A stretch of DNA of 64,000 nt. Origin: Squalus acanthias (lineage: Eukaryota). A program made the translations under genes and the position numbers. The DNA is taken from assembly GCA_030390025.1 (NCBI GenBank), contig CM059431.1, forward strand, positions 158,350,001 through 158,414,000, read 5' to 3'. The notes below the pieces were generated by a model that saw only the letters and a list, made by a program, of their open reading frames with translations, had not been told where the DNA came from and searched no databases. Position 1 is the stretch's first letter. Every line of letters begins with the position of its first letter. Of this stretch, positions 12,226 through 24,935 are shown one piece after another.

Positions 12226-14771
12226 CTAAAAAAATATTGCAATCATATTGAACAGAGTATTTTACAAAATCAGCGAAGAAACGTCGTTTTTCTTTCTCCC
12301 TCTCTTTATGGGAGGAATGAATAGAAAAGCTCACAATCAGGTGACCAAAATCTATGTCAACGAGATAAGTTATAAGGAGCGTCTCTGAAAAGCAGAGAAT
12401 GGCAGACGGCCGGAGAGAATTACAGAGTTAATTCCAGAGTTTACGACCGAGGCAGCACAACGCACGGCTACCTATGGTGGCCTGAAGAGAATCGGGGTTG
12501 CGCAATGGTTCAGAATTTGATGAGAGCAGAGATCACGGAGGATTGTAGGGCTGGAGGATATTGCAGAGATAGAGAGTACCAGCGTTGAGTCACCGATGGA
12601 AGCTGAATTTTCTCAACTGATATGAAAAAATGTTAAGTGCCAAATAAAAGGGGAAAAGTCAGATTTCAGGAACATGCTTCGTGCAAAATGAAGCATTATT
12701 TGTTGTTAGTAACAGCAATGTTCTGGAAAGGTCACAACGTGCTTTTTGAAACACAAACTGCACAGATTGTAAAACAATGCGGGTGAAATTAGAATCGGCC
12801 AGTCGCATGACAGGTGCTGATGGCGAATGGTCGGCTCGTGTTACACGCATCCGTATTTCTTTACCAGTGATTGCAATTAGAATTCCGTTCATTTCAAGTA
12901 TCATTCATCGAAACAGCAGCACAAGCTTATCAGTCAATCCTTCATCTTCTATATGAACCATTTGCTTTGAATACCTGAAGAGTCCTGTCTTGTGAGTAAC
13001 TATTTTATTTGAAGTGTTTATGAAATGTGATCATTGTCCCGAATTCTGTCACCTGCCAATCACCAAATTCTTAAACTGTCAACGTTTTACCTTCTGCTCG
13101 TTAACCTCTATGTTTCTTTAATTTGATTTATATAATCAACCCCCTACATTCAATTTGTAAATCTACTTTTAACTTACTTTTCTATGCACATCCAAGTAAT
13201 TCTTGTATGTGCTCCACTCGTTTTATAATCGTGTAATTCCTATATATCGTATCGCAATCATTTCCTACTCGGTTCCTTCGTATTGATTCCCGACGGAATT
13301 ATCTGATCCATTCCGTCCCAATATATCTGGGCTAGTGTGTTCTTGATTTGTTGAAATTGCTTATCCTGTACATATATATTGTTTTGATTTACTGTTCTTC
13401 TGAATTCTAATTATATCATTGCTTCTTAGATATCCGTTATCCGTTTGCAGAAATGGATCCAATACTCATTCCTTCCCTGTTGTTCTGGAAACGTACCCAT
13501 CTGTCTCACGTCCTGGATCCGTGGCAGATAGCACACTCCCTCTTCCACCCGTACATCACTTCTATACTGTAGATATTTAAAGTCATCCATATCTCTGATA
13601 CCCTCGCTAAAATGTCTCCATTTTTTCAATATATCGCTTCCTCAATTCGTGACCCACCACTTGTGCATGATAATGAACTCCTCATAGTTAATGGCCAGTT
13701 TTTTCCATCGCAGGAATCCTGGGTGCGCAGGTCTGCAATCTGGAAAAATCTACGCCCTTAACTTAGGGATCCCGGGACGCACACGATTCCGATCCTGGGC
13801 CTCTCCAATCTCCACTTGCGCATGGCCCTATTATCCCAGCGGCACAGGCAGATTACAGGTTGCCTGGGATCATGTGGGCCATGGGGTCCAATCAAAGTAG
13901 GAAAACTACATTCATATACTTAAGAGGAAGACCTGTCAAATATATGAATGGTGATCACCCCAAAAACATAGTGGCCCAGAAATTCCTTTCACAGGCCGCC
14001 CGCGGGCGGAGGACTGCGATCTGGAAAAATCTGTGCCTGGACTGGAGGGCTCCCGGCGGGCGCAGAGTTCCGTTGCTTGGTTTCTCCAAACTTCCGGTGC
14101 GCAGGGCCCACGTATCCCAGAGGCGCAGGCGGTTCGCAGCGTCCCTGGTATCACGTAGGGAGCCAATCAGAGAAGGGAATCTCCCTTCGTACATTTGACA
14201 GGAAGACCTGCCAAATATATGAATGGAATTCACCCCCAAAACATAGTAAAAGCACGCCTTAGACCTGCTTTTAGCAGGCAAAACATTTCTAAGGGTTTTC
14301 TGCAGGCGGGGGTTCTCCAGAAAGCGGAACTGTCCGTCCGCAGAGGACCTTCTCCAGGCTCGGCGTCCAATCTGTCAAGAGCATTCTTGACAGATCGGAA
14401 ATTACGGATTTCAGCGCATGCACTTGGCATGCCTGAAACCGGCATTTCCGATGTCCCTACGGTTGTGTACACAGCGCGTACACACCCGTAAGGATCGGAA
14501 TATCCGGCCCATTAACGCCAAGTTCCCAGACGTGCGCTAACATTAACACGTAGGTGTTAATGTCTTCATATCATAACTTCCTAGAGCATCATCAGACAAT
14601 CGCTACATTCAAGTAACCAGCTTTATTCACCATGCTTTATTAATATATGTGTTACGTAACTTCAGGAAATATTCGAAAAGAAATCAGATTGACATCATGG
14701 ATGAGACTCGGAATTTTATTTTTAATAGGACATGATTGCTGTCATGACAGGAGATGCCGGTAATGTTGATT

Positions 14772-15508
14772 ATTGGTTATTGCTAGGGGGATAGAATATA
14801 AAAACAGGGAGGTATTGCTGCAGTTGTATAGGGTATTGGTGAGACCGCACCTGGAGTACTGCATACAGTTTTGGTGTCCATACTTAAGAAAAGACATACT
14901 TGCTCCCGAGGCAGTACAAAGAAGGTTCACTCGGTTAATTCCTGGGATGAGGGGGTGGACATACGAGGAGAGGTTGAGTAGATTGGGACTCTTCTCATTG
15001 GAGTTCAGAAGAATGAGAGGCGATCTTATTGAAACATATAAGATTGTGAAGGGGCTGTATTGGGTGGACGCGGTGAGGATGTTCCCAATGATGGGTGAAA
15101 CTAGAACTAGGGGACATAAACTTAGAATAAGGGGATGCTCTTTCAAAACTGACATGAGGAGAAACCTTTTCACTCAGAGGGTGGTGGGTCTGTCGAATTT
15201 GCTACCCCAGGAAGCTGTGGAAGCTACTTCATTAAATAAATTTAAAACAGAAATAGACCGTTTCCTAGAAGTAAAGGGAATTAGGAGTTACGGTGAGCGG
15301 ACTGGAAATTGGACATGAGTGAGTTCGGATCGGTCAAGGCCCTGTGGATGGCGGAGCGGGCCCAGGGGCCGAGTGGCCGGATCCTGCTCCTACTTCTTGT
15401 GTTCTTTAGAGATGAGGTTGGATCAGATAAGCCATGATCTCATTGAATGGTGGAGCAGGCACGAGAGGGCCGATTGGTCTACTCCTGCTCCTATTTCTTA
15501 TGTTATTA
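14772..15508 (+). mobile_element. 5'-truncated CR1 LINE (RT C-terminus and 3' UTR), present only in unit 3
   Basis: ORF 14773-15318 has LYRVLVRPHLEYCIQFWCP...RRMRGDLIETYKI...TRGH motifs; CR1-type 3' ends; candidate TGATT duplication at 14767-14771 and 15509-15513. Confidence 0.92.
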
Positions 15509-18225
15509 TGATTTCCCTGAGCATTGGGCAGAAGAATGAACGGGAAGGCTTAAACATGCGTAACTCATGGACTGGATGAATTTTGTGAGTGCTTGGTGAG
15601 ACGTAGAATAATGCAGATTTTATGAGGTTGTTAATTATAAGTAATCACTGTGGCAGGGAAGTTAGTATATAGGCAGGTAGAATCAGCCATGCAGTGAAGT
15701 TGGAAGGAGAAAATAAATGGAAGCAACGACTTGGATGTGTTCAGTAGAAAGTTCTAGAAATTGGTGCCACCGGCAGTGACTCACACGAATCGTCTCGATA
15801 AATTAAAATGCACGTCTGCTTTGCTAAAGAACGGACAGAATTTCTCGGCCGTGAGCGACAGTCTATTTTAAATATGTCAGTTAATATATTTTCCTGAGAT
15901 TAGATATAAGTGGCTATTAGTTGCTCTATCTAGCTCCAGGATATCCATTGGGTCTTTGCTGAGGACGCGTGATGCTTGTGCTACCAGTGGTTTCTTATTC
16001 AAATATTCATTACCGTTAGGACGCTTCCTGCGTGCGGATGCCTCAATCGGGAACAAATCTACGCCCTTACCTGAGGGCTCCCGAGGAGGAGCCATTTCCG
16101 ATCCTGGGCCTGTCCACAGTAGAAATGCGTAGGGCCCACCTGATCCCAGGGACGCTTGCGAAGCTCGTGAGCCCCTGAGATCGGTGGACAGGCGAGAGAA
16201 TAGAAGGGAATCTCCCTTCATACCTTTGAAGATAGACCTGTCAAAGGTATGAATGGAGATCACCCCAAAAACAAATCAAAACAATAAATACATTTTTACA
16301 AAGTATCGCGTTTTTATATTGAGTAACATTTATATTAATTTAAATATTTTAAACAAAAATTTAATGCTCTGAAAAAATATTTAATGATTTTTTTCCGAGC
16401 TAAAATTAAACATACTTTATATAGAAGTACTTTAAAATTATAAGTGAGTGAAAAAATAAATATTTTTTTAGTTTTTTAAGCTCTTGTGCTGGGAACGCCT
16501 CCTTTTACCAGGAGTACGATTTTTAAGTGTTTTCAAGAGCGGATGTCCTGCAGCAAGCGGAAATCTCCACCCGCAGAGGCCCTTCTCTGGGGCAAGCGTC
16601 CGATCTTCAAGATGATTCTTGACAGATCGGAAATGCCGGTTTTCAGCGCATGCGCTTCGCATGCCTGAAACCGGCATTACCGATGTCCCAACGGGTGTGT
16701 ACACAGCGCGTACTCACACGTTGGCATCGGAAAATACGAGCCATTGTCCCAGAAATTAAACATCGATGGTTTCCGCGGGGGTAAGGATTCCCCGCGTAAT
16801 CGCACTCCGCCCCGACCTTTTTGTTTCAGGCCCACACGAACTTGAGTTTCAGGGCCTCTCCCTGTTGGAACCGTACAGTGCTTGCGTGTCCCTGAGGTGC
16901 AATTAGTTCGTGCGAGGTCTGGGATCACGTGATTCAGTTATAGACAATGGCAGCACTCAATCTTTCATTAATATTTTTGACAGCAAGCGCTGTCAAAGCT
17001 ATGAATATTACAAGCCCCCAAAAGAACAGCTAAACCTCAATTACTTTTTTTAAAAATGCCATCACATTAATAAAATAACTATAGTTAAATAAATTAACCA
17101 CTTTAAAAAAAAGTTAAATTTTGAAAAAATTTAAAATCTTTTTAAAAGATATAAAAATAAATTTACCTTTCTTTAAAGTCTCGAAAAAAGATAAACCTGT
17201 TGATTTTTTTTTAAATTAACACTTAATTAACTACTTACCTTGTTAAAAGGGGGTCCTGCGCCTGCTTTCTTTATGTGTAAAATCTTCACAACTAAACTGC
17301 GCGTTCAAACCTGAAAAAAAAACTTAGTGCACTGTTCACTTAGGAACCGCCCCCTTTGCAATACACGAAGTGCCGGTTTCCCGCGCATGCGCAGTGCATA
17401 CAGGAAACTGGAAATTCAGGACCTATTCCGCGAGAGTGCACAGTGCGTACGCTCGCGTATTAGGTCTAATTTTCGGGCCATTGCGTCTTGGCGTGTTCCT
17501 TGTAATCCTGAAATTTGGATTAATTGCTCCTTGGATAGCATGCCATTTATTTCCGATTACAGAAACAACAGTAACCTGAATCCCTGCAGAAATACGGCCA
17601 AGGTAAATAGCTTAACTGCAAGACGTTTTCCAGTGAATTATCAGTTGATTAGAGAGTCTCTTTCTGCAGATGGTTTTTGCCTGTCACTTATGCGGCACAA
17701 ATGTTACTTTCTAATTATCCATCAAAACTGGCATGTTGTCCAGATCTAGTTGCATACGGGCATGGACTGTTTAGTTACCTGAGGAATTGGGAATGGAATT
17801 GAACACTGCAATCAGCAGCGTACAGCCCAAATTCTGACCGTATGACAGAAAAAAAATTATTGATGAAGCAGCTGACGGTATTTGGGTCGAGAATTCTTCG
17901 ACGTTGAACTCATGGTTATAACATGAGATGCTGTTCTCTTGTTATTTAACACATTAAAAACGACAAGTTCTGTTTCCTTTGAGACGATATTAGCTGTAAT
18001 CTAAGAGCACGTGAAAGGGTGGGCCGTGAGAAGGTTGTTATCATTCACCCCATGGCTTTCAAGTCCTCGCACCACCACACCTACCCCACGAACATAAAGT
18101 CGCCAGAGAATACAACCGTTAAACCAGCAAAGCCATGCCATTCCAGACCGACTTGAACAATCTCCCACCAACCCGTCTCATATTTAGGAGGCCATTTAGA
18201 CAATTCCAACATATATGTAGCATAC

Positions 18226-18396
18226 CTTATGAATTGTTTCAGTAAACACGTTTGCATCTAAGAGCGATTGACTAACAGCTTCCACGAATTCTTCAATCTG
18301 ACGATTCTAGTCTCTGACGATTGCAGCCGATAATTCTTCCAAGCTGGATATCCGTGTAGCTCGCCAACATTAGTAACATTTTAGTATCTGAGTTTT
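18226..18396 (-). pseudogene. Exon B copy 3 (171 nt) with a +1 frameshift
   Basis: cttcaatctgacg at ~18291-18303 versus cttcaat(g/t)gacg in copies 1 and 2; splice sites retained. Confidence 0.75.
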
Positions 18397-20423
18397 CTGT
18401 AAAAGTGTAAATTTGAACAGGTTACAATACTATGTTTGCTTTGAAGCAATGAATAATTTGAACTAACTTTTAGAGCAGCAGCTTTTCTTTAGAGCCTTTC
18501 AAACAGTGAGGCGGCCATTGGCGCCTCACAGAGCAGGAATTTAGAGTTAAAGCTGCCTCTTTTTCATAGAGATAAGAGAAACGACCTAGTACTTGCAACT
18601 TGTGGAGGTTGGTTAAATTAAGTAGGAAGTAAAGAGTGGAAGCCCAAGGCAACGGATTCCAGCCAGTGGTGCTGACGACTTTGTTGGAGTCCGGAGCAGA
18701 GGAACCAATAATCTGGGGACCACAGCAAAGGGAGAGGATGGACCAGAAATAAAAGAGGGTTTCTGAAGAAGACTGAAAAATTAAGACGCTCGAGACCGTA
18801 AAGGGAATTGTAGATGAGCAGGAGTCTTTCTCAAATTGTCTGGGATAGCAAGTGAATGTAGGTCACTGACGAATGGGATTATGGATAAGTGGAAATGAGG
18901 GTAAATTGATGAATTGAAGCAGTCGAGATCTGGAGATTCTATCTGACAGTGCCCAAAAGTCGTTTAAGGAATCGAGTCTAAACCTCACAAAAGCGTATCT
19001 AAATCACGAGAAAATATTCATATGTTATCATATATCCAGAAAATTAAAATATGATGGTTGCGGACGGTGATCTGAGAATACATTAGAAATGTATTGCTTG
19101 GAATCACCAGATGCTGCTGAGCAATTAGAAATAGTCGTGACTGTCGCTTGTTAGCCTAATGAGCTAATAGATAATGCACAGATAGTTAAAAAAAGTAACA
19201 GTAAATGCAAGCTCATTCCTTCTTTCTTGGGAAAATTAAACTGTGATACGGACCGGAGAAATTGAAATACTGTGAATCTAAATGTACTCAAAACAAATTT
19301 GATCGATATCAATACAACAATTACAAGAACACACCATTGGGAAAAAAGTTATTGATATCAAATTGAAATAATAATCAACTCTCAAATACCACATCTGAAA
19401 CATGGCAATAGCTGTTAGGAATTATAATTGAATGTACCTGATTCTAAAATGCCTATCGATGGAAGTAGAAAGACCTGAGAGATACTAAATAAAGAACGGC
19501 CCGGAATTAGCGGTCAGCGCGAAGCAAAGGCATTGGCTGCGGCCACAAAGTAAGCTTGACACAAAGATCTCGCAATCAGGTTTTCCGAAGTGTAATTCAA
19601 ATCAATGGAGCACCATTGGGAATCCCGAGTGCAAGCTGCTGTGAAGTCAACAGGCAGTCTAAGCATCCAACCAAAACGCAGAATTCTCACAGACAGCGAA
19701 CAAGGAAGTGAATAAGCTGTTAAACTTCTAACATTTAAAAAAAATGATTGGATGAACGAAACAAATATTGGGGCTCTAACATGGGGAAAATTCAAAGCAG
19801 AAATAAGGAGGAAAAATCCTTTAAATTAATTACACTTACAGAATAATGTTAATCTTTATTTAAATGAATAAAGTTGTCTCTGCACAAAATTTAAATAAGA
19901 TTTCCTGGCCATCACATTTGTTTAGAATTCAATACGCTGTTGCAATCCAGTTACACCCTTCCCTTTCAGTCAAACTTTTAGTGGGGAATTCAAGAGCACA
20001 ATTACTGTGAAAGAGTCGAAGATTACATCAGTTTCGCTGATTTGAGAGATTTCCCTGATTACCGGCTCTGGGTGGGCACAGCGCAGCCTCTGCAATTTTA
20101 TTGGAGTCAAAGGAAGGGAACATAGGACCGAGCGAACAGTGGGCAGCAGATGCAATACCAGCCGTTTTTCGGCGAGGACAGAACACAGGCCGTATCGCAT
20201 CCATCGCCTATTATATGTTGCGCGCGAATAAACTTGAATTGAGCTGAATATCGGGCGTGTGTGTAACTATCGGCAAATGTGACCCAGCCATTGTGTGTCC
20301 CCGACAATTAGAATTTCAACCTCCTGGACATTAACTTAAAATAAGTTCCTCGACATAAATAATGAACTCTCTTACTCTGAAAGTAAACGAGATCTTTTGC
20401 AATTAGATTTTGACATCGCCTAC

Positions 20424-20622
20424 CTTCTAGATCAAGTTTTGTCGCTGTATCTCTGTTCTGTATCTCTGACAATGTCGCTTTCAGTTTGGGTTTTGTATTC
20501 TGCAGTTGAAGAAATATGTTCCACATTGTTCTTTCTCCCCGAGCTCCCATTTCCAGCAAGGTATCGAAAATGCGTTGGGAAGCATCGTTTCTGCGCTGAC
20601 TTTCAGCAAGTGTACTGATTTC
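20424..20622 (-). CDS. Exon A copy 3 (199 nt, open); its upstream partner exon B is missing because unit 4 is truncated
   Basis: Conserved splice sites; EISTLAESQRRNDASQRIFDTLLEMGARGERTMWNIFLQLQNTKPKLKATLSEIQNRDTATKLDLEG. Confidence 0.75.
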
Positions 20623-21480
20623 CTAAAAAAATATTGCAATCATATTGAACAAAGTATTTTACAAAATCAGCTAAGAAACGTCGGTTTTGTTTCTCCCTCT
20701 CTTTATGGGAGGAATGAATAGAAAAGCTCACAATCAGGTGACCAAAATCTATGTCAAAGAGATAAGTTATAAGGAGCGTCACTAAGGAGCAGGGAATGGC
20801 AGACGGCCGGAGAGGATTACAGAGTTCATTCCACAGTTTAGGACCGAGGCAGCACAACGCACGGCTACCAATGGTGGCGTGAAGAGAATCGGGGTTGCGC
20901 AATGGTTCAGAATTTGATGAGCACAGAGATCACGGAGGATTGTAGGGCTGTTGCAGAGATAGAGAGGACCAGCGTTGAGTCACCGAGGGAAGCTGAATTT
21001 TCTCAACTGAAAGGAAAAATGTTAAGTGCCAAATAAAAGGGGAAAAGTTAGATTTCAGGAATATGGTTCGTGCAAAATGAAGCATTAATTGTTGTTAGTA
21101 ACAGCAATGCTCTGGAAAGCTCACAACGTGCTTTTAGAAACTCGAACTGCACAGATTGTAAAACAATGCGGGTGAAAATGGAATCGGCCATTCGCATGAC
21201 AGGTGCTGATGGCGAATGGTAGGCTCGTGTTACAGGCGCCAGTATTTATTCCCATTGATTGCAATTAGAATTCCGTTCATTTCAAGTATCATTCATCGAA
21301 ACAGCAGCACAAGCTTATCAGTCATTCCTTCATCTTCTATATGAAACATTTGCTTTGAATAACTGTATAGTCCTGTCTTATGAGTAACTATTTTATTTGA
21401 AGTGTTTATGAAATGTGATCATTGTCCCGAATTCTGTCTCATGCCAATCACCACATTCTTAAACTGTCAACGTTTTACCT

Positions 21481-23122
21481 TGTAGAATTCGCAATATATC
21501 GCGATTTTATAATAAGGAGAAAACACAGAGTTTCGTTCAAACAGCTTTTATTTCAGCAGAATGCTGTCAGGTTTTTCAAAGTGGACACAAGCAGCCTGTA
21601 AAATGGCCGCCGCACCTCGTGGCAGAACATTCTAGACTTTTCGACAGGCAGACAAGATGGCGTTCCAATAAACATTTGTGCAAGATCGATTAAGATTCAG
21701 CACATTGAAGATAATACACGAGACATTGTGGGTTTGCAGTATACACATAAATACTGAAATCGGTCTCCCAGGTACGAATGAAAGCTATTGTACCAAGTAA
21801 TCAAGGGCCCATCCAAAGACATTAATATGTAAAATCCCAATGACTCTACGATGAGAGAGCCGTTAGCGGGTAGTTATACAAAACACTTGGAAGCCCCAAA
21901 ACCCCTCCAGGGAGAACACCGACCGATTTAGCAATGAGAGAAATATTAACAGGTACTCAGGCATTTACGAGTAGCACCGAAACCCATTAAGAACGGAGAT
22001 CACCCATACAAGACATTTGAGCGCCAAACCCAAACAAAAGAAAGGCATTAAGGTTGGGCGGGAAACGGAAGATTTTGTACTATAATTACAAGCTCCAACC
22101 GTCCATTTTTCTCTTATCCGATCGACTCGTATCCTCGTGGCTGCTCCTGTGTTTTGACTCGCCGTCTTGTTCCTGCTTGCTTGGTGTCTCTTTTAAAAAG
22201 ACTGTTGAACTTTGTGATCCGTTCGGATCCACCTCGTGTCGTGTAACGAAGACCTATGTTGGTAACTGGCATCGGAACCGAAGGCCCGAGATGAGATGAG
22301 ATGAGATGAGATGAGATGAGAAGAGAGGAAGACCATACTTATCGCCATGGTCAGTAAGCCCCGACCGCGCCAGTAGGTCGAATAGCCAAGTTTCCTTGCC
22401 AGGGAGACTTCTTTGAACTTGCAAGAACGGACCTCGGAAGATCCTCCAAGAAGATATTGACTGGTCTGTGAAACCCATCAGGATAGTGCCTGCTAAACCA
22501 ACCAACACAGATCTTCATCACAGCAGACGTTCCAGCCTGCTAGCCGGAGCAGAAGCAAGTAAACAAGTGGGACCAGGAGACCCCCTGATCGACACGTGGG
22601 TGCTGCGGTAAAACCATCCGATCAGCTACTCGGAATTTCTCCGAGTTATCACGAGTGGTGAGCATGAGTCTCGAATCCTACGAATCTAGCTAGGACAGAT
22701 ATTGATAGGGGAGGGTTTAAGTATTAAGGATACTTGTAATGTGTGCCCCTATTTACGGTGTGTCGTTCGTTCCTCGTTTCCCTAGAATTAGCTATATAAC
22801 TGCGTGTAAGATTGTACTGTCATTAATCTGTGCTTATGACATGTATTTCGTAATCTTAAATATCATGCAATAAAGATTTTCCATTTCGTACCATTCAACC
22901 GAGTCTACATGAGTTTCATCTCCATTACTGCTCTCGCATCTAAGTCCAGTGTCTCGAACCGTAAGGGCGAGTGATTCGAACCACTCACAGGTGTGTCTAG
23001 TGCTCCCAGACTGGTTGGAGACCAGAACAGGCAACAAGGCCTAAACCCGCACTGACATACAGGCTGCACAGAGCCGCGCGAATCTCACAGGCTGAGAGAC
23101 ACGCACGCCAAAATCCCTTACA
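21481..23122 (+). repeat. 5' LTR (1642 bp)
   Basis: tgtagaattc...cccttaca. GC box ~22056, TATA-like tataatta ~22081, (ATGAG)6 at 22291-22320, AATAAA at 22869-22874. Confidence 0.97.
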
Positions 23123-23126
23123 GAAA

Positions 23127-24935
23127 ATGGCGACCGCGGCAGGACACTGGCAGCGAGAGGGTAGTGTGTTAGACTTTGGAATGACTGTACGAAATGTTAT
23201 GCAGGAAAAGATAGCAGATTATGTGTTCGGAAAGGTTAATCTAACTAAGAAATGGATAAGTGAATTGTTAGCGGATAAAAGTCCACTAGAGGCAGCCGAA
23301 AGGTGGACGGATAGTAAAGAACATAAAAAGACACTCGAGAAAGCAGTCTGGCTAATGTGTTACAAAAGGCAGGTCCAGATTTCAAACCAGACCATTACAG
23401 CGCTAACAGCTCGAATCAGGCATTTAGAGGGAGAAATGGATGAGAAGGTTTCTGGAGGGGAATTGCTCATTAGGAATTTAAGTGCGGTGCACCAAGAACG
23501 CCAGGAAATCTCCAGTCACCATAAAACAAGGATAGATTACCTCGAGTGCCAGGTCACTGAGGCAAAGTTAAATGAGGGCAGGTTAAAGGAACGATGTGCC
23601 CGCCAAGCTGCCCAGATAAGAACTCAGGAAGAGAGCTTAACGGGGGTTCGGGCGGAATATAAGTTGGCCCTTGAGGATAAGTTTCAGGGAGCCGATCATA
23701 GCGCCTGCCAAAGGGAGATAGAGCACCTCAAAAGGGCCGTGAACAAAGCGCACGGCATGGTGTGCCTTATCAGTCCGTCAGCACACCAGCCGCTAGTAAA
23801 TGAGGAGTTTGACAAATCCCCACCAAGTAAAGCAGAGGAAGTATTAGCCACTGCGCCCTCCGCGCCACCCAGCTATTCGGAAACCTGGGTAAGGGAGGAA
23901 GCAATGGAAGAAACGAAAGAGCCCATTGAGAAAGAAATGGAAAAGGGACCGTTGTATCCAGTAACGGGTATAAAAAGGGGCCCAAACAGAAACGGTGGGG
24001 AGGAACCAGGGGATCTCCTCGGCCAGCTTGTGTTGCCTCACAGCTCACACCAGCTGAGAGTTAAGATAAATCACGTACGGAAGCTAACCGAGTCAGACGA
24101 CCCTTCCGTACATTTCAGAGAAGTTGAGCAAACCGCAGCCATCAACGGCTGCGACGATGGGGAAACAGCAAAAATGCTGTTATTTTCGTTAGGCAGTTCA
24201 ATCCTTCAGTGTCTCTCGGGTGAGAGCAAGAGGGGAACCAAGACTTATGAGGCATTAAAGAATGAGGTCCTGGAAGTGTTGGGGGCGGACGATGAAGGTC
24301 CGTTTGCTAGAGTGGGACAGACAGTGCAGATGGAGGGAGAACCCCCGAAGGTTTTTGCCGACAGGCTGTGGCCAGTATATCAGCGCAGCTGTCTAGGTGC
24401 GCCAGAGCGCGACGATGTGGAGGGCGCCAGTTTAGCTCATTGGCTTAGGTGCATAATAGCTAACAGTTTACCAGCCGTCAGAGAGCAGGCAAAAGCATGG
24501 TTTGATCCCAATGACCCCAACATTACGGAAGAGTCGGTCTTGAATCGACTCACGTTAGGATATCGCAATATAAGGGGTATGGCAACACGTCCCCTTAAGG
24601 GAAAAGTACATGAGGTACGACCCGCAGCCCCATATCAAAGAGAGTGGCATCAGGAGGGTAATCGCGCTCCACAGGCAAGTAATGCTTGTTACGGGTGTGG
24701 GAAGACAGGGCACTGGCGCAAGCATTGCAGGAACCCTTGGAAGGATTCCAAGGATAAAAATCCCGCAGCCCGAGCCCAGACGCCTGTCCCAGCTAGGGAA
24801 GCTGGTGCACCCACCCCTCCCGACGACATCGAAGTAGTGTTAGGAGCCATGCGCAGTTTATTGAGTGCACATGGAAAGGTGGCGGTTGCAACCGGCCCCG
24901 TAGGTGCCGCAGGACCGTCTAATAGAGCCCCATGA
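23127..24935 (+). CDS. gag: Gag (602 aa): coiled-coil N-terminal half, PSAPPSY late domain, capsid-like region, one CCHC zinc knuckle
   Basis: CYGCGKTGHWRKHC knuckle; position after the PBS; heptad-rich region at about aa 85-210. The true start may be a later Met. Confidence 0.92.
   Translation: MATAAGHWQREGSVLDFGMTVRNVMQEKIADYVFGKVNLTKKWISELLADKSPLEAAERWTDSKEHKKTLEKAVWLMCYKRQVQISNQTITALTARIRHLEGEMDEKVSGGELLIRNLSAVHQERQEISSHHKTRIDYLECQVTEAKLNEGRLKERCARQAAQIRTQEESLTGVRAEYKLALEDKFQGADHSACQREIEHLKRAVNKAHGMVCLISPSAHQPLVNEEFDKSPPSKAEEVLATAPSAPPSYSETWVREEAMEETKEPIEKEMEKGPLYPVTGIKRGPNRNGGEEPGDLLGQLVLPHSSHQLRVKINHVRKLTESDDPSVHFREVEQTAAINGCDDGETAKMLLFSLGSSILQCLSGESKRGTKTYEALKNEVLEVLGADDEGPFARVGQTVQMEGEPPKVFADRLWPVYQRSCLGAPERDDVEGASLAHWLRCIIANSLPAVREQAKAWFDPNDPNITEESVLNRLTLGYRNIRGMATRPLKGKVHEVRPAAPYQREWHQEGNRAPQASNACYGCGKTGHWRKHCRNPWKDSKDKNPAARAQTPVPAREAGAPTPPDDIEVVLGAMRSLLSAHGKVAVATGPVGAAGPSNRAP
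23128..23145 (+). promoter_or_regulatory. Primer-binding site, tRNA-Arg(TCG)
   Basis: TGGCGACCGCGGCAGGAC lies 5 nt after the LTR and is the 18-nt complement of the vertebrate tRNA-Arg(TCG) 3' end (...GTCCTGCCGCGGTCG-CCA) as I recall it. Confidence 0.85.

Noticed and set aside
22054..23037. LTR ORFs of 67-84 aa as accessory genes
   Set aside because: Non-ATG or weak starts and no motifs; present twice only because the LTRs are near-identical.
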